Of a stretch of DNA of 64,000 bases, positions 12,768 through 27,259 are shown piece by piece. Within the stretch, counting starts at the first letter, position 1. Every line of letters starts with the position of its first letter. The DNA lies in the NCBI GenBank assembly GCA_951406725.2, contig OX597815.1, positions 106,268,001 through 106,332,000 on the forward strand, in the 5' to 3' direction. Origin of the DNA: Octopus vulgaris. Taxonomy: Eukaryota. The notes beneath the pieces were generated by a model. That model saw only the letters and a program-made list of their open reading frames with translations, was not told where the DNA came from and did no database searches. The translations under genes and the position numbers were made by a program.

Positions 12768-13269
12768 GTGTGTGTGTGTGTGTGTGTGTGGAGAGAGAGA
12801 GAGAGAGAGAGAGTTTCTACCATATATTACTAGCGTTTTATCAGTGTTTCAAAACTATAAACTACTACAGAATATATACATAGATTTGGCAGGCAACCTC
12901 CTCCACCCCAATTCCAATAAAAGATTAAATGAAATAAAAGTTATATTAGAGAAAGAATATTTTTCATATAAAAAAAAACACACATACACATATATAAATG
13001 TATATATATAAAATATTAAAAAACAATAGTGAATAGCATTTGGCTTATATAATAAGCTTATTTCATGAAGTTCATTTTGAGAAAACCTGAAGTTGTAGGT
13101 TATAAATGTTTTTCCATGGACAGGTAGAGATAGCACTGATGAAATCCTAATACAGGATTAAAGCTAATTTAGCTAATCTTTCTTTTTCTGTCTATGTTGA
13201 TATTACATACAAAAGAAGGTGTTTACATCTGTCTACACATAGTGTTGGCTTATTCAGTATTCTATTATC

Positions 13270-13628
13270 TGAAATAGTAGTTGTGGCTGTTGCCAGTGTC
13301 ATTTGGCTGGCACTCGAGCTGATGGCATGTAAAAAGTACTCATGGAGGCAGTGACAGATGACCAAGATACTTGGCAATATATCTTGCTTGTGTTGACCTG
13401 TCAAGCCAAGCGAGACCATAGTCATGGCCAATACCAGTGTCAGGCTGGTGGCATGTAAAAAGCACCCACTACACTCAGAGTAATTGATGTTAGGAAGGGC
13501 ATCCAGCCATAGAAACCTTGCCAAATCAAATTGGAACCTGGTGCAACCTCCCAGCTTACAAGTTTTCAGTCAAAGCAACCAACCCATGCCAGCATGGAAA
13601 GCAGATGCTAAACAATGATGATGATGAT
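13270..13628 (+). mobile_element. RTE-derived 3'UTR repeat with (GAT)n tail
   Basis: ggtggcatgtaaaaagcacccactacactc...gaagggcatccagc...aaacaatgatgatgat. Confidence 0.8.
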
Positions 13629-13873
13629 TATATATGTACCAAGTATGTAAAACACCAAAGTATTTCTCCAGACATAGATGGTAACACTTTAGTTAAGCAT
13701 ATTACGTAATGTATATTACACAATCATCCATCAGTCATTTAAACACAGTCAATCAAATAAATATATTATTTCTTTGATTGGTTAAGATCAAATGAATGGT
13801 AGGACAACCCATTCAAGTAAAGTGAGAGCAATAGAGGAGATAAATTTCTTTCAAAAACCAAGATTAAGCTTAC

Positions 13874-13940
13874 CCATAATGCACTTCTTCATCAGAATCA
13901 TTCAACATAGAAAGAGCTGGATTGTCCTTGAAATGGGTTT
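13874..13940 (-). CDS. TMEM181: TMEM181 exon (ETHFKDNPALSMLNDSDEEVHYG)
   Basis: ttttaag/gtaagc; matches conserved KDNPAFSMLNDSDDDVIYG of TMEM181. Confidence 0.95.
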
Positions 13941-14874
13941 CTTAAAATATAAAAATGTCATTTAATAAAGAATCAAAGAATACAAAATTTGTTATAAAAT
14001 AACAGTTTATAAACAATTTCAATTTTGAAGTATATCAATTTAGTATATATAATCATTTAAAGTATCTGATTCCTATTGATGGTGCCAACAAATTTGATAT
14101 TAAAATACCAACAACCCTTGTTCCTTTAACATGTGATATGATCTCCAAGGTGATGAAGTCTAAAATATTTACTAGTAGATTACGTGAAAGATTAGAAGAA
14201 AATGAAGACAGTTATTTTACTACAAGAGAGATCTTAACCAAGTTCACTGTGAACCATTGTCTTACTTTTCAATAATATTCTTGTTTAGCAATAACATTTC
14301 ATTAATTCAAAAATGGTTATCTTTGGCCACACTAAGGACTTGATTTTCACTGCAGAATATGTCTAAGATCTACAGAAAAAAATTACAAACCTGGAAACAT
14401 GGCCCAGAATCCAAATACTAATAGAATATAGTAAAGACCAAAAGTGCACACAAGTAAATGAGCTTGCAAAAAAACGTCAGTCATTACATCATTTCTCATT
14501 ACAACATACACAACTAGTTTTTATTCAAATTTCTGTTGGAGAAGAGAAATAACAGAATTTTGACTACAATATTTGGCTGGTATTTGTTTCATAAATCCCA
14601 GATTAAAACAAATAGATTACTATGCTAATCATAGTCTCAACAAAGCAGAACATTAGACTGCTGTCTTCACAAGCTAGGTATGAAATCTAAGATTTTCGAT
14701 ATAAAGTAAATGGGTGGTTGCAATACTATTCCAAAGATATTGATATAACTGTAATAGCTAAAAGCAAGCCATAGATTTTGTTTGCCCATAGCTTACCTAT
14801 ATTTTATGGCACCCAGTTAAATCAATAGGCTCCACAAAAAAAAATTATACAAGGAAGTAAATATGTTTTCTTAC

Positions 14875-15099
14875 CATAAATAGCATTTTTCGAAGGGGAA
14901 TACACAAAGGCCATTGTGTAAAGGTAAAAGTTGAGTAGACCATAAAAAGAGACAAACTCAACAGAATTCTGGTAACGAGTTGTCAGCTCAGATACAAAGT
15001 TGTCTTGCAACATGGATCCTCCAAAGCGTAAGAATGTAATTGCCACAGAAACCACCAGAATTATTAACATAAAAACAGTCAGGAATTTCAGCCTAATAT
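14875..15099 (-). CDS. TMEM181: TMEM181 exon (DIRLKFLTVFMLII...LQDNFVSELTTRYQNSVEFVSFYGLLNFYLYTMAFVYSPSKNAIY)
   Basis: ttccag/gtaaga, 225 nt phase 1/1; FYGLLNFYLYTxAFVYSPSKNA is the TMEM181 signature. Confidence 0.97.
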
Positions 15100-16290
15100 C
15101 TGGAAAATATTTTTTTAAATTAAACAACAGATATTTTTGAAATTCAAAGAACTTGCATTTTATAGTTACAAAAATATAAATGAAAAAACAATAAGAGTCA
15201 GTTCTTAGCTGTAGCTTCATAGCATGAAGCAGCTACTATTTCCTAGGTGATGTAGTGGTATCTATTGATAGTGAACTAAGGTAATATAGAATAAAATATT
15301 TTCCCCAAAAACACAGTGAACCACCTGTAGTAGATTTGAACTCTTGACTTATAAGTAATCCAAGCTGTATGCATTTATCCCACCTATGAATAGAATAGAG
15401 AAAAACCAATCATGTCCTATAACATCATGGGGAAAAAGTCAAATTCACAAGAAGTTAATGAACTTTTATGGATTACCTTTTGTCAATGCAGACTACCACT
15501 GGTTTCCTTGGATTCAAGATAAGATCATACCTTAGCACACTACATTATGGACAAGCTATGTCCTCCAATCAATTTACTACTACTCTATTTACATCTAAAC
15601 AAGCAACTTGTGTGCCAACTCAACCCATTTCATTCACTTCTTCTCAACAAACAAATGGGGGTTATTCAGTCTATGAGATACAACATTCAGATATTTCTGA
15701 AAATCATCACACCTGACACTTTTAAAAGAAGGAAGATGTATCAGAAAACCATAGTCTTTGTATATTGGGATGTTCATGACTGCAATGTGTTTGCACATAG
15801 ACCAAATAAATCAGAGCTGATTTGGAGCTTAACAGCAACAACTAATTTTCCTCCAATCATCTCTACAATGTCTTCTAAAACAGCACACCAAACACTTCAC
15901 CCAATCCTTCCTCCCCAGAACTGCAACTCCCTAGATTTCTCTCAATATTTTCCCTACAGGCATCAACTTACAAAAATTCAAGGTGACCGTCAACTACATG
16001 AACCACTTTAATGTGAAAGGGCCTTTAAAGTACATGAAAATACTGCATCTCCTCCCTTTAAACTAAATTAAGGAAGGAATAAAAAAAATTTGTTGAAGTT
16101 TTATCACCCTTACCAGGATGAACATCAAATTCAACTTTGATGGGGTCTGAATTGAAAACTGAGGGACAAAATTAAATACAATAACACATGAAATAAGTCT
16201 TAACAGTCAAGTGTCTAGGTTGTGTCCAATGTTGTCATAATAATTTTAATTTATGAATACTGAAAAGAAATTTCAATGTAAGCTATTTAC

Positions 16291-16393
16291 CAAAGTAAGG
16301 CATCGTCTGTAATTCAGCAAATGCTTGAATTAACAAATAACTGAGATAGACGAGATAAATTCCACCTACAATGAAGAAGCAAACCTTGATACC
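16291..16393 (-). CDS. TMEM181: TMEM181 exon (GIKVCFFIVGGIYLVYLSYLLIQAFAELQTMPYF)
   Basis: ttttcag/gtaaat, 103 nt phase 0/1; transmembrane helix followed by ELxxMPY. Confidence 0.95.
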
Positions 16394-17741
16394 CTGAAAA
16401 AGAAATCAACAAAATAAAATGATTTACTTCAATATTCAAAATACAAACATGTTAGAAATAAACAACACTCAAAAATATACATACATTCCATCTCACACAC
16501 GCATAATGAATAGTTATTGGCTGGCTGGATCTGCTTGATATAAGCCAGCAATCTTTAGAGTAGCAACTACATGTTTTAATTTCTTAACCATTAAATTATC
16601 CTGTTTGTATCACAATGATAAAAAAACGTATTGCTATCAATTCAAAATTTTGATGTAACAGCTCTTTAAAACAAATATACTTCTTGCCTTAGTTTACTCA
16701 AGCAGTGCTGTGAAAAGCTACTCAACTACAATTAACTACCCATGAAATAATTACATTTTCTGTATTTAAGAATATTTAGAGTGATATTATCTAAGGTGAA
16801 AAAATCCCCAATATTGAGAGAATGTGATCAGAGTGGAAAACAATTTATTTGATATTTAGGACAAAATAGACATGTCTATGAAGCAAAAGATGCTCAATAA
16901 AATAAGTCTTTCAATAAAATAAGTCTTCACAGCAAGACCAAATATATCCACAATGTAGAATGAGTTTATAGCATTGCTAAATTAACAAAAGCAAAATATA
17001 AAAGTTTCAAGAAATTAGCCATGGTGAATGTCAGAAACAATAATTTCCATAAAGCTCCAAAACCAGTTAGTGTACACTGAGGAGAATATTCTAATGTTTT
17101 GAAACCAAGTCCTCCATCAAAGATTTATTCTCCAGTGATGTGTCTTTTCTGCAATGTTACAAATATCTTTTTCTCAAGACACACTTATTCTGGCAATATC
17201 AACTTGATTTTTCTAAACATTATTAGCACCATTCAAATAACATTAGCAAATAGATTAATTAACTAATTATGTTACCTAATAAACATCTAAATAGCTTCAA
17301 TAACTTCTGAGAGATAAATTTTATTTACCATTCCAAAATTAATGTTACAAACTTTTTTTTCAAATTTGAAATATTTACACAGCAGAGAAATTAACCCAGA
17401 TAGTAGAGCTCTTACTTAGTATGCACTTACCAGAATGAAAGCATTGATTTTATGTAGTTACCTTTTTAAAATGTACAATAGCTGTAGTGTTTATGTACCA
17501 AACAAGTGACCACAAGACCCCAAGTTCAAAGATTACTACTGCTATCATTGTGCTATACTTTTGTGTAAGGCACATAACTCTGCTTGGTCAATTATTCACC
17601 ACCACCCTCCCAAACCATTCACCAATGCAAACATGGAAAAATAGTTTCATGTATCCAGAATTTGGAATTATTTTTAAAATCTTTTTTTTTTTTCGAATTT
17701 TTTAAAAATTATATTTTAATCAACAAGAAATGAATACACAC

Positions 17742-17891
17742 CATAAAATTAGAGTGATCCAAACGATAATAAAATGTTGGATCTCTCAATTCATTATACT
17801 GTTCCCATGATGCCAGTGTCACAGCAGCTATCCATAACAAACCAACAACTATTAATTTTGGTAAATAGAATTTTGAGAACCGTCGATCTGT
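17742..17891 (-). CDS. TMEM181: TMEM181 exon (TDRRFSKFYLPKLIVVGLLWIAAVTLASWEQYNELRDPTFYYRLDHSNFM)
   Basis: catacag/gtgtgt, 150 nt phase 0/0; FYLPK..VGLLW, NELxDP motifs. Confidence 0.93.
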
Positions 17892-18494
17892 CTGTATGAA
17901 AATGAAAACAAAACGTTAACATATTGTAGAAATACAAATACAAGATAATTGAAACATACTACAGTTTTTGTTGTATTTTAAATGACTTCTAACAAGGGAA
18001 TAAGGCCACAAATTTGGGGGAAAGGTATAGTTGATAAGACTGACTACTACTTATAGAAATGACTCTAGTAGAGATGTCCAAAAACACATATCATTTAAAT
18101 CCAGATGAGGCCAACTTTAAATTTCATCCTTCAGCTGCATTTCAATTACTGTTGACTGAATATATAATTTTCTAATGTATTAGATAAGTCTTAGACATTT
18201 AATTGTTAACCTATGCTTACATATAAATATACACATAGATACATATACACACATGTGTATGTGTTGCATTATTCCACTGCATCATTGGAACAACACATAA
18301 ACACATGCATCCTGTAATCCAATGACGTCACTCGCAGCTTAAAATATAATGTGCATTTGTACAAATCTAGTGAAGAACTATCTCTCAGCTCTCTTCCAGC
18401 AGTGAAAGGCCTTATTACATCCAATTAAACTGCAATGTGTTAAATATGACTTTACACAAATGTACTTTAATCAAAGCTTTGTCATGCAACATTG

Positions 18495-18525
<31 letters not shown>

Positions 18526-18947
18526 TGTGTGTGTGTGCGTGCGCATTGCACAAAGCAGAGTTGCCTACACACACAGAGGCAAAGTTCTAATAGCAGCAGC
18601 AGATAATTATAGGAGCAGAGATCATAATACTTGCACCAAATCACAGTAACATTAAGGTATCTATTGAAATTTAAAATCTATAATAATATTCCAGAAATGA
18701 GAAAACTGAAGCAGAAAAAGAGTGAAGTTTTAGCTTTGAAAAAAAAAAACTATACTCTAGTTTGTGTATTAAGTACACTTTCACTTGATTGCATATACAC
18801 ACATATATATTGATGCATTCATGCATATTCTTCAGATTGAGCCCAATCAAGAAGCTGGAAAGTCTAAGATAGTACAATTATATTTTTTCTCATCTCACTT
18901 TCATACACAAGCACACAAAAATATGAAAGGAAACATAATCAACTCAC

Positions 18948-19075
18948 TTGTCGAATGCCATGGTAAAGACACAACCAAGAAAGTAATAATGCACAGAGGA
19001 ATGTAGCCTGGAATATTCCATCCAACATGCCAGGTAACCAACTATTCACTAGGAATGTTAATGGAAAAATAGGGT
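18948..19075 (-). CDS. TMEM181: TMEM181 exon (DPIFPLTFLVNSWLPGMLDGIFQATFLCALLLSWLCLYHGIRQ)
   Basis: tttgcag/gtgagt, 128 nt phase 1/0; highly conserved TMEM181 segment. Confidence 0.97.
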
Positions 19076-19579
19076 CTGCAAAATATAAAAAGACTAAGAT
19101 AATTACTGCTGCATATATACTTAATGAATTTTCATTAGTGAACAACACCTCATCCTCATAACTATTTACAGCTCAGTGAATATATTTTGACAATATCACC
19201 TCATCCACTCAATTTGGTCACTTTCATTTATAACAACACAATAATTTAAGCATTACAATTTCTTTCTTGACAGTATTCTTCTTATCATTTTCATTGTAAT
19301 TGGGTATTTTTATTAACAGGTTTGAAAATATTCTGACTATGGGCAATGCATAATGGAGTCGACAGAGTATATACCATATAGTATTTGTTTGTTTCCCTTC
19401 ACACAGAGTTACCACATACATCAACTTTGCCATTCATACATCAACTTTGCCAGAGTCGATCAAGTAAATAGCTTGATATAATCAAATAAATCCTTGAAAT
19501 CAAAGCACCAGTATAGCTACAGTTCAATAACTGAAATGTATAAATGAATGAAAGAACTTCACTTATGAAGCTGGGTGAC

Positions 19580-20215
19580 TTCACTGGTGCCACATAAAAA
19601 AGCATCTAATCCACTGTTAAGTAGTTGGCATTAGAAAGAGCATCCAGCCATAAAAATCATGCCAAAACAGACAGTGGAGCTTGGTGCAATCGTCTGACTT
19701 GTCAGCTTGTCAAATTCAAATCGCCCAACTCTTGTCAGCATGGAAGACAGGCGTTAAATGATAATAATAATGATGTGAGACCTTTGATGATATGCTGTGC
19801 TTGAGAAGACCCCATATCAAGCCAAGTGAAATTGCAGTCATGGCCAATGCCAGTGTCCTATAACTGGCACTCGTGCTAGCACACAAAGAGCACCCTTTGA
19901 ATGTTGGGCGATAAGCCAAATGAAATCATAGAAATGGCCAAGACCTTTGGCAATATACCATGCTTGAGAAGACCTATCAAGCCAAGTGAGATTGTAGTAG
20001 TGGCTGATGCCAGTGCTTCATAACTAGTACACATGCTGGTGGCATGTAAAAAGCACCCCTACACTCTTGGAGTGGGTGGCGTTAGGAAGAGCATCTAGCT
20101 GTAGAAATCATGCCAAATCAAATTGGAACTTGGTGCAGCTCCCCAGCTTACCAGTTTTCAGTCAAACCGTCCAACTCACGCCAGCATGGAAAACAGATGT
20201 TAAACAGATGATGAC
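19580..20215 (+). mobile_element. Two tandem RTE-derived 3'UTR repeats
   Basis: Two occurrences of aaaaagca...gcatccagc...agcatggaa...gttaaa..gatg tail. Confidence 0.7.
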
Positions 20216-21213
20216 ATGCATCAACAACAATATTTACATGTGTTTTTCCATGCTTGCATCTCATCACCTGTCATTTCCTTCATGTGATTCAAGTTTTTTT
20301 TCTTCTGTCCAAGTCTCCCTCAGTTTTTCCCTTCTGCAGATCCCTTGATCTCTTGGCACTTCTTTACCCAACTATTATTCTCCAGACTTATCATATGTCC
20401 ACACCAGTACAGTCTCTCCTCTTGCACACATTTGATTCCCCTTAAAACCAGCTCATTTCTGTACTGTCATTCATGCACATAAATTATATATATAAATAAT
20501 AAACATATTCCCACTATTTTTACATGCAGGTAGTTTTGAAGTACGGAATTCTCTGAAAAGTAAAATTTTTACATTTAGATGCTTTTAACAATTTAGATGT
20601 TCCTGCTGTAACGCACAGTATCTGTCTCTAACTTTAAGCCAAAAAGAATGTACCTTTCTCAAGAACATAGCAAAGTGATCCAAAACCAAGTTAAACAAAT
20701 TGAAACTTAGAAATATAAGACACATAAATACTGTAAAGTCTGATTTTCTTATATCTACTCCTTCCAGCTTAAATAATGTAATACTGAAGTTTAACAAAGA
20801 TATTGATTTCTTGCTTAGATAGGCATAACAAAAATTAAAATCAGACCTCAAGTTGCTATGGTTCAGAGATGAAATGACAAAAGTGGTAACATGCTGTATG
20901 GCAGACTCACCCAACTTATGCCAACATGGAAAAAAACAGTCATTCAAACATTGATAAAAACATTAAGGATTAATGTTGACAATGTTATTATCAACATCTG
21001 AATTGATAATAATACAGTAACTCAAATTTATAGGGCTGGGAAAATGGGGATTACAGAAAATCTATATCTTTTCTTCTAAGATTGTTAGGAACAGGAGTGA
21101 AATGAAATGGCCTCAAGTGAGAATCAAAAACTGGATTACAGATTCAGCACACTGAGCTCTTACTTTCCATTTTGCTAGAATATTAAAATACATAAATAAA
21201 GATGATGTGTTAC

Positions 21214-21313
21214 CATTGTAGAGCAAGAGTAAAGGAAGTAAGACTGCTATCCAACGTTGTTCTATTGACCAATCTTTTATGGAAAATTTCCTCAGGGAAT
21301 GAGCAAAGAGGCA
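21214..21313 (-). CDS. TMEM181: TMEM181 exon (CLFAHSLRKFSIKDWSIEQRWIAVLLPLLLLYN)
   Basis: tttccag/gtaaca, 100 nt phase 0/1; closely matches vertebrate CLFAHSLRKFSMRDWGIEQKW. Confidence 0.97.
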
Positions 21314-22561
21314 CTGGAAATAGAGAATGAAAACAAAATAATAGCTTCAATGAATAAGGAAATACAAATAAAGTCATTTTATACACATTTCTACCATTTT
21401 GAAATATTCAAGAGATATTTATGGTTGGAAAGATTTTTCCAATTAAAAATATGGATTTATCTCTCTTTGGAATAATAAATTTAATACTGGATATAACTTG
21501 CCAAAATCCCAGAGTCAGATGGATAAGAGCAGTTTTTTTTTCCTGTGATGACCTTCTCCAAGTAAACAATGAATCATGACATTTCCAGAAAAATAAGTTT
21601 ATGCATCATTCATGCCTTTCTCACAAGAACTAACAATGTAAGCTAAATGTTGTCAAAAGTCAGGTTTACTGTCTTTATAGTGATTTCACTATTCATTTAT
21701 CAGGCATGTATCTCTAGAGGTGAATATTAACTTACAGTGTAGTGAATCGCCTCTGAACAAAGGAAAACCATTCCCATGACATGATAGAATGAGAACTTGT
21801 GCCCATTAATTTACACAATGGCCAAATTCACATTGAATTAATTCCTCAACCTATTAGCAATTTGTGTGATGCTACATCAACAGGTGTATTTAATAATCCT
21901 TATTATAATAGTGGCTCAAATACAGCCGCTATTATATACATTGCTGCTCACAGAACAAGGATTTTTCTATACATGCTGTCATCCTGAAAAATATAATTTC
22001 CTTACTCAACACATTGCTTCGTGGGGAGCAGATTCATAACACTTCAATAATAGACACATAGAAGTAAATATCAAACACCAGTTAATCATTCTATTTCTCT
22101 GAACTCAAGCAATAAGGATCACACACACATGCACACAGTAACATTTCACCATATTTCTAACAAAATTTCTTGATGCCAAAATTCAAACCCTTTTATATGT
22201 ATCAAGTTTAACTTGCCATAAGAGATATTTGGCTGCTACTTCTACCAGCTTGGATGATTGTATGAAAGCTACCTCATTGACTCATATGTATGCCATGAAT
22301 GTAGTTACTATTAGGCCCACTCCAGCCTTGATCAAGTAAACCAATCATATAGGACCATCCCACCTTTTATCAAGACATACTATATCTAAGACTATTTAAT
22401 CTAATATAGCCTTCCTTTTTTGAAGATGATCGTGTGTGATTTGAGAGAAATTTGGCTACTATATCTAGTAGGTCTAATTACTACATAGAACCCCACACCT
22501 TCTCATTAGCTTGTATATGAAGTGTAACAAACATTATTTTATATAATAATGTAAAACTTAC

Positions 22562-22642
22562 TGCTGTGATAAATGTGAACACTAAGAATACAAATCTTAG
22601 CCATATTTCAAGCTGAGTGAAGTTGACGTTGTAACTTTTAAA
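22562..22642 (-). CDS. TMEM181: TMEM181 exon (FKSYNVNFTQLEIWLRFVFLVFTFITA)
   Basis: ttttcag/gtaagt, 81 nt phase 0/0; YNxxFxxLEIWxRF motif. Confidence 0.96.
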
Positions 22643-22759
22643 CTGAAAATAGAAGCAAAATTAGACATATTGGTTAAATCATATAAAACACAATAAAAGC
22701 AAACAAAACTAGAAAAGCACTTGGAGAGTGCAGACCTCCGCCAAACCAGCAGGAGCAGC

Positions 22760-23150
22760 ACTACGACCACCACATCACAATCACCACCACCATATCACAA
22801 TCACCATCACCACAACTATCCTACCACTATCACCATCACCACAACCACCAACATCATCAGCAGCATTGTCATTGCTTCCACTTCAATCACATATACCATC
22901 ATCAACGTTATCATGAGTTACCTTGACAGTCACTTTCACCACCACAACCAGTATAACCACTACAATACCACCATCACACAACTAACACTATCATCAACAC
23001 CACTATTACCACCATCACCTCAGCATCACACCGCTCCTGTTGCCATTATAACCACTATTTTATTCTCCTCCCATACTTCTTGGCCATCGTCATCATCAAC
23101 ACTGTCTCTGCTTTCACCACAATCACCGTCAAAACTACGATCACCACAAT
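22760..23150. repeat. Degenerate (CAC/CAT/CAA)n trinucleotide low-complexity tract
   Basis: caccatcaccacaactatc... throughout. Confidence 0.75.
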
Positions 23151-23469
23151 CAGTTTCTTTGCACAGCTGAAATTCCATTATCCGATACTCATGAGACCAT
23201 GAGTGTTGCAGATTTTTTATTTTGCTAATTTCAGAGTGCTTTATTAAAAAAAAAAAAAGAATTGCATCTACAAAACAGAACTATTTGAGGATAGAAACCA
23301 GGTCTAAACACAATAGCTTATAGACATACTCTGAATGTAATTCTATATAAATCTTTAATAATTTTTTTTTATACTTAAGACCATCAGAAATGTTAAGATA
23401 TTAGCCTCTACCCACATTGTCATGCTTTAATTAAAAGGTTACAGCATAGATTAGATTACTTAGATAAGT

Positions 23470-23900
23470 TTCGGCCGAAGTTGACTCAGGCCATGTCTAA
23501 TTTCATATCACCACCTGGAAGAGATACACAGATAGCTCTGGGGAACTGTAACCCATTCAAGCAGAGGGTTATTGTTTTCAGAGGGTTATTGTTTTCAGAG
23601 ACGTATCTGGGAGTGGGTGGTATGTCTGGCACGATGTTGAAGAGAGTAGGGCCAATTGAAGTGAAATAGTTCTGACATAGTGGTGTGATATGACACAAAC
23701 ATTTCTGTAGTGGACGGATAAGCACAGGAGTCAAGCCTTAGATGAATTTTAAAGATGGGCAATGTTGATGGAATATTTTCCACATCATACAGATGATATA
23801 GAGCTCACAGCAGCAGTGGAGGGAGCAAAGCCTGAGCTTTTTGAGTCTATCCCAATAGTCAAGGCTTGTCATGTCATCCTCTACAGACCTCTGCCAAGCA
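23470..23900 (-). mobile_element. Degraded LINE ORF2 3' fragment (CR1/L2 group)
   Basis: NYFTSIGPTLFNIVPDIPPTPRYV resembles the GPRLFNxLP...PDxP C-terminal motif of invertebrate LINEs. Confidence 0.5.
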
Positions 23901-23979
23901 GCTCATTTTAAGATAAATACGTGAGTAAAATTTCTAATAAAGAAACGAAAATAAACTTTGGAAACAGCATCGCCACCAT

Positions 23980-24255
23980 AGGTTACGTGCAAACGATGAA
24001 CGTGTTTTCAAGGGAGATAATCAAAGAACGTAACATTGTAATACTTCATGTAAAGTAAATATAACAAATGAAAAATCTTTCAAGAATCTATAAAAATAGA
24101 TCACTACCAAAATCTCATCATCTGTTCCTTGTGTCATTATCAACTTTTCCTGCAAGTTTCATCAAATACTGTTCACAACTTTTTGAGTTATTTTGCACAC
24201 AGACGGACAAACAAATGCTGATGAAAACATAACCTCCTTCCTTGACGGAGGTAAT
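23980..24255 (+). mobile_element. Short non-autonomous element, Helentron-associated (HINE-like)
   Basis: aagtttcatcaaat core, cagacggacaaacaaa microsatellite, terminal hairpin acctcc(24232-24237)...ggaggt(24247-24252). Confidence 0.45.
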
Positions 24256-24624
24256 TAGAAATCTCTTATCAGCTTCTTATGTTGGACTTTGGTTATATAA
24301 ACCCTATAACATAAGTTACATAAACTCCAGTAACTTATGCCAATATGACAAAATACATATAGAAACAATCTTAAGAAAAACAATGACCATAAATCTTTCT
24401 GAAAATTTTCAGAATCTTTGGCAATTTTTAAGTGAATGAATGAGTGAAGTCAGGGATGCAATGGAAAAAGCTGAATAACAGCAAATAAGGAGGAGAGTGA
24501 AAGAGTGTGTGTGAAAAATCAATAATAATTCAAAAATAGAGAAGAAAAAATCTTCAAAAAGGACATGGATGTTTGAAAATAAAATTGCATTCAACAAAAA
24601 TGATACATGGAAAATATATACATA

Positions 24625-25192
24625 TATGAGTTTACATCACCAATCTGGAACCCTAATCTTCCTCAGCATGTCAATCTACTGGAAACTGTTCAGAAGCATG
24701 CAACCAGACAAATACCTGCCGTCAGGCATCTATCATATTCTGAGTGTCTTGCTTCCCAGAACATAGACACATTAAAGCTCCAACACCTGGTAACTGACTT
24801 GGTTGAGTCCCACAAGGTTATCTACCATCTTTCGAACAACAATTTTAGGCACCTTTTTGAATTCCATACGTCTAACAATCATGGACATGCTTACAAAATA
24901 AAAAAACAACACAGTACCTATGACTTTCGGAAACATTTTTTCATGCTCAGAATAGTTGAAACATGGAATAAACAACCTGCATTGGCCATTGAGACACTAC
25001 ATCCTTTAAAACTTCCACGCTTCCTACAATTCACCATCAGTACACCTGATGCCCCACCTCCCCATTTTTTTTTTATTTTTTGTAGACTGATTTCCTGTGC
25101 ATAGTCTACATACAGTTCATGCAGTTTTGATTACTTTTTCTGATGAATTGTAGTGCACATGAGCACTGTATAAAATAAGTTCATTATTATTT
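24625..25192 (+). mobile_element. CR1-like LINE 3' fragment, family of 2441-2810
   Basis: EFTSPIWNP...LLETVQKHATRQIP...GHAYKIKKQ...RKHFFMLRIVETWNK; ttcattattatt tail. Confidence 0.85.
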
Positions 25193-25899
25193 TATATGTA
25201 CATCTCCTGCACTTTCTCCATACACTGGCCACAGGCTTAGGGCTGAAACGTATAAAAGAAAATATATAAACACACACATACACACACGTGCGTGTGTGAG
25301 TGTATATTTATATATATTTATACATACATATACACATACACACACCATCATCATTTAAAATCCGTGTCCCATGTTGGCATGCAGTAGATGCTTCAACAGG
25401 ATCTGATGAGCCAGAGGACTGCATCTGTTTTAGCATGGTTGTCTGTTTTAGCAAGGTTTATACAACTGAATGCCCCACCTAATACCAATTACTGAGTGCT
25501 TTTTTTCGTGGCCCCCAACACAAGTGAAGTCAACAAGTAACTTGCAAGACAAAAAAGCCCCATCAGCTGAGTGGAGATGTTTTCATACAAGGCATTAAGA
25601 GACTAAAGTATGGCAGACAGGTGTCTTGCTGTGCAGGAGACACCTTGCAGATTCAGTGGTGACTAAATGTCAGGTTTCTTTCTTGCACACTATATCTCAA
25701 TACACTTATGGATAATTTTTGTCTCAACATATTTGTACTTTGTTGTTCATGCAAACTTACACTGGACATCTAACAAGCATGCTAGCTTCATTTTTTTCCC
25801 CCTTGTCTTCTCAAGTCCTCTGCATTTAAGGCACATGTCTTACTACTATGCAGCACTGTAGTTGTAACACAAGCATAATACAATCTGCTCTTCATTCAG

Positions 25900-26215
25900 A
25901 AGGAAAAGACCTTTGCTGCAGCAGCAGTAATAGCTCCCTGAACTTTTTCCAACCCATTCTTATTCTTGCTACTATACTTTCAGAGTAACTATACTTTCAA
26001 AATTAATTATATCTCCTAGATAATAAAGGCTATTAACTACTTCTAGTGAGCCATCTGGACATTTAAGAGAATTTATATTCATTGTGCTGAATACATGTTG
26101 CTCCAGTGCATCTGTCACATATGAAGCTCACTTTCTCTGCTAGTCTGGCTGAGATTCTGCTGCACTTCTTGTGCATCCATAGCTTACATTGCATACACCA
26201 AATGGACTTTATAGT
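25900..26215 (-). mobile_element. Degraded RTE ORF fragment
   Basis: SIWCMQCKLWMHKKCSRISARL..FICDRCTG, the zinc-finger-like insert also seen in copy 31609-33050. Confidence 0.65.
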
Positions 26216-27259
26216 CAACACTATTATACCACCACTAATTCTGTGTTGGGTCCCCAGAAAAAACTGAAGTCTCAATACTTCACAGCACCAAACCATAAAT
26301 AGATTCTGTGCAGCCATAGAGCTCACAGTAGTCATATAATACTAACCAGAGTTTCAGCAGCTTGCAGTGCTGAACTCAGATCCTTGCAGGAGACACAGTA
26401 AGGTGATACACATTATATCTAGTAGTGCTAGTGGTAATGTCAAAAATATGACAAACACACTGAAGTCTCTTTGGGGATATGTGATAAATAAATCAATCAA
26501 TATATACCTTACTTTTATATTATGTGTGTGAGTGTGCATTAACAGAGGGATAAGGTGCTGGCATATCTAATCCCTCTCTCACATACATACACACACTTGA
26601 CCCATCTGCACCTATTTATATATGTCACATTAAGAAGTATTGACTAACTTGTATTTTACTACTTAGACAGCTGTCACTACCTCAATGACAATAAAACAGT
26701 TATGTTATGGAGACAATGTCAGTATTTTAAGTATTTGAGAAGCACATTCTTTAACAAACCAATGTTAAGATACTCTAATGATAATGGCTTTGCATAAAAT
26801 AACACAAGGACATCTTTTTTTTCTTAATTCTTTAAACTCCATCTTAACCAATACTGTCCCAGCCATGCTAGCATGGAAGGCAGACATTAAACGATGATGA
26901 AATGATGATGTGTTATATCTGAAATACTAGTTGCATGGTGAACTGTCCACTCAAACATACAGTAGAGTTTAGGGCCTATTTCTTTGTTCAGTCAGTCAAA
27001 CTAATATAAGTAGTGTTATGAACCTTGCTTGCAGAAGCACAATACAATCTTAGGACCTGAACTGAAGAGCATGTGATGAGTAAACCTTCTTTCAATTTCC
27101 ATCTACCAAATCCACTCAAAAGACTTTGGTTGGCTCAGGGCTACAGTAGAAGATATTTGCCTAAAGTGTCATGCAGTGAGACTGGACTGAAACCATGCAG
27201 TTGGGAAGTAAACTTTCTTAGATATTACATACAAGAGATGGTGGGCTAAGAGAAAGCAA

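Noticed and set aside
22721-23170. His/Thr/Ser-rich 149-aa ORF
   Set aside because: Translation of a degenerate trinucleotide tract in a TMEM181 intron
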